NCBI GenBank assembly: GCA_004563595.2
Contig: CP042461.1
Location: forward strand, 510,001 to 542,000
DNA from: Candidatus Saccharimonadota bacterium
Lineage (GTDB): Bacteria > Patescibacteriota > Gracilibacteria > BD1-5 > UBA6164
Length of the DNA stretch: 32,000 nt
Direction of reading: 5' to 3'
Under the pieces are notes generated by a model. The model was not told where the DNA came from. It did not search any database and saw nothing but the letters and a program-made list of their open reading frames with translations. Made by a program: the position numbers and the translations under genes. The first letter of the stretch is position 1, and every line of letters begins with the position of its first letter. Shown piece by piece: positions 31,187 through 32,000 of the stretch.

Positions 31187-32000
31187 TTATTGGAGCTCAG
31201 TACAGTAGTGAGTTGTCATATATAATACGTAATTATTTCATCATTGACTTTGGATATCAAGTCAGAGTCATATTTTCCTAAAATCTTTATTTGTGATTCA
31301 TCTATAATGAGCATTTTGAGAATTAGAAAGTCACTTTTCAGACATATAATAATCAAAAGTTTTTTTAGCAGCAGATACAGCTCAGTCTGTACAATCATTA
31401 GTGCTACAGTTGAACCAGAATGCTCCAGTACTTTCACTATAGGTAGTTCAATTTACATTTTTACATACTACTCATCGATCTTTCATCCATCATTCAATTT
31501 TTGTATAGTTATAGAATGAATCTCATACATCTCTTTTATGAGATATATATCATCGTTGTGTTGCAAACTCTGACCATTCTTGAGCTGTTTTATCAAGTTT
31601 AGAGTCATATGAGTATAGCTCTACTCATATGTTTTTTCTTTCGGTATTTTGCCATTTCAACCATTCGGATCGTACTTTATTAATATCAAAACTAAGATTT
31701 GTATCGTTGCTAACCTCATAATTACTGGTAGTATTCTCAGTTGTAGGTGACTCTTGCTCAATTTCCTTTGTCCTATTTATGACATGTAAAATAATTTCAT
31801 ATTTTCGTGATCATGGTGATAGTTTTTGAAGTGCTTTTTCAAGAATAGTTATAATTTTTGACTTATAAATAAATCATTTTTTTCTTACTATTTTTTCAAT
31901 TCGAGAGTTGATTTTATATATAAGAATTCGATCTTTTGAGCTGAAATTATAATCAATTGTTACTGCTGTATTTGTTTGAATTATTTGGGGTGTGTCTATT
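31187..32000 (-). CDS. CAP/SCP-like secreted protein, tandem paralog of 30095..31165. The N-terminus lies beyond the right edge.
   Basis: The frame differs from track ORF 31216..31437. It ends ...VLYMTTHYCTELQ with TAA (rc 31187-31189), parallel to ...YYVTTHYCTEFID in the neighbour. The body reads WLKWQNTERKNIGVELYSYDSKLDKTAQEWS...HKR...AHYRGITNKDFRKIGLGL and is open to position 31999. Confidence 0.7.

Overview
This window is an AT-rich bacterial segment in which TGA encodes glycine rather than stop (translation table 25, used by Absconditabacteria/SR1 and Gracilibacteria in the candidate phyla radiation). The supplied standard-code ORF track therefore breaks almost every real gene. Read with TGA=Gly, the fragments join into about 34 complete or edge-truncated CDS that all end in TAA or TAG, and TGA falls on invariant glycines: both ClpC Walker A loops, the MoxR Walker A loop, the SOD FGSGW motif and the -1 Gly of a prepilin cleavage site.

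From left to right the native genes are:
- clpC (partial)
- a small membrane-anchored coiled-coil protein
- Fe-type superoxide dismutase
- a type IV pilin-like protein
- two tandem PL14-like secreted paralogs
- a degenerate GGDEF-like protein
- a complete moxR-DUF58-DUF4381-batA-batB-batC operon
- ybaB/ebfC
- an acidic coiled-coil protein
- a long beta-CASP metallo-beta-lactamase nuclease
- a HAD hydrolase
- type-2 ileS
- tRNA-Ser(GGA)
- a MazG-like / CYTH / small acidic protein operon
- two tandem CAP/SCP secreted paralogs

The most interesting signal is that exactly three long genes contain no TGA codon. All three have visibly higher G+C and strong Shine-Dalgarno sites, which the native genes lack. 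Two of them form an operon at 7144..10124: a HAS/NodC/Alg8-class processive GT2 synthase and a partner with a cytoplasmic domain, one TM helix and a periplasmic coiled-coil/MFP-like region. This operon has its own canonical sigma70 promoter and terminator. The third is an orphan long-form dapD at 22039..23091. I read these as recent imports from standard-code bacteria, and the first looks like a self-contained synthase-dependent exopolysaccharide module.

Secondary candidates:
- a T-box-like antiterminator/terminator leader upstream of the MazG-CYTH-tRNA-Ser operon
- a ~119-nt intercistronic hairpin between moxR and DUF58
- a perfect 21-bp palindrome over a putative promoter

All functional calls come from motif recognition by eye. 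No database search or folding program was run.
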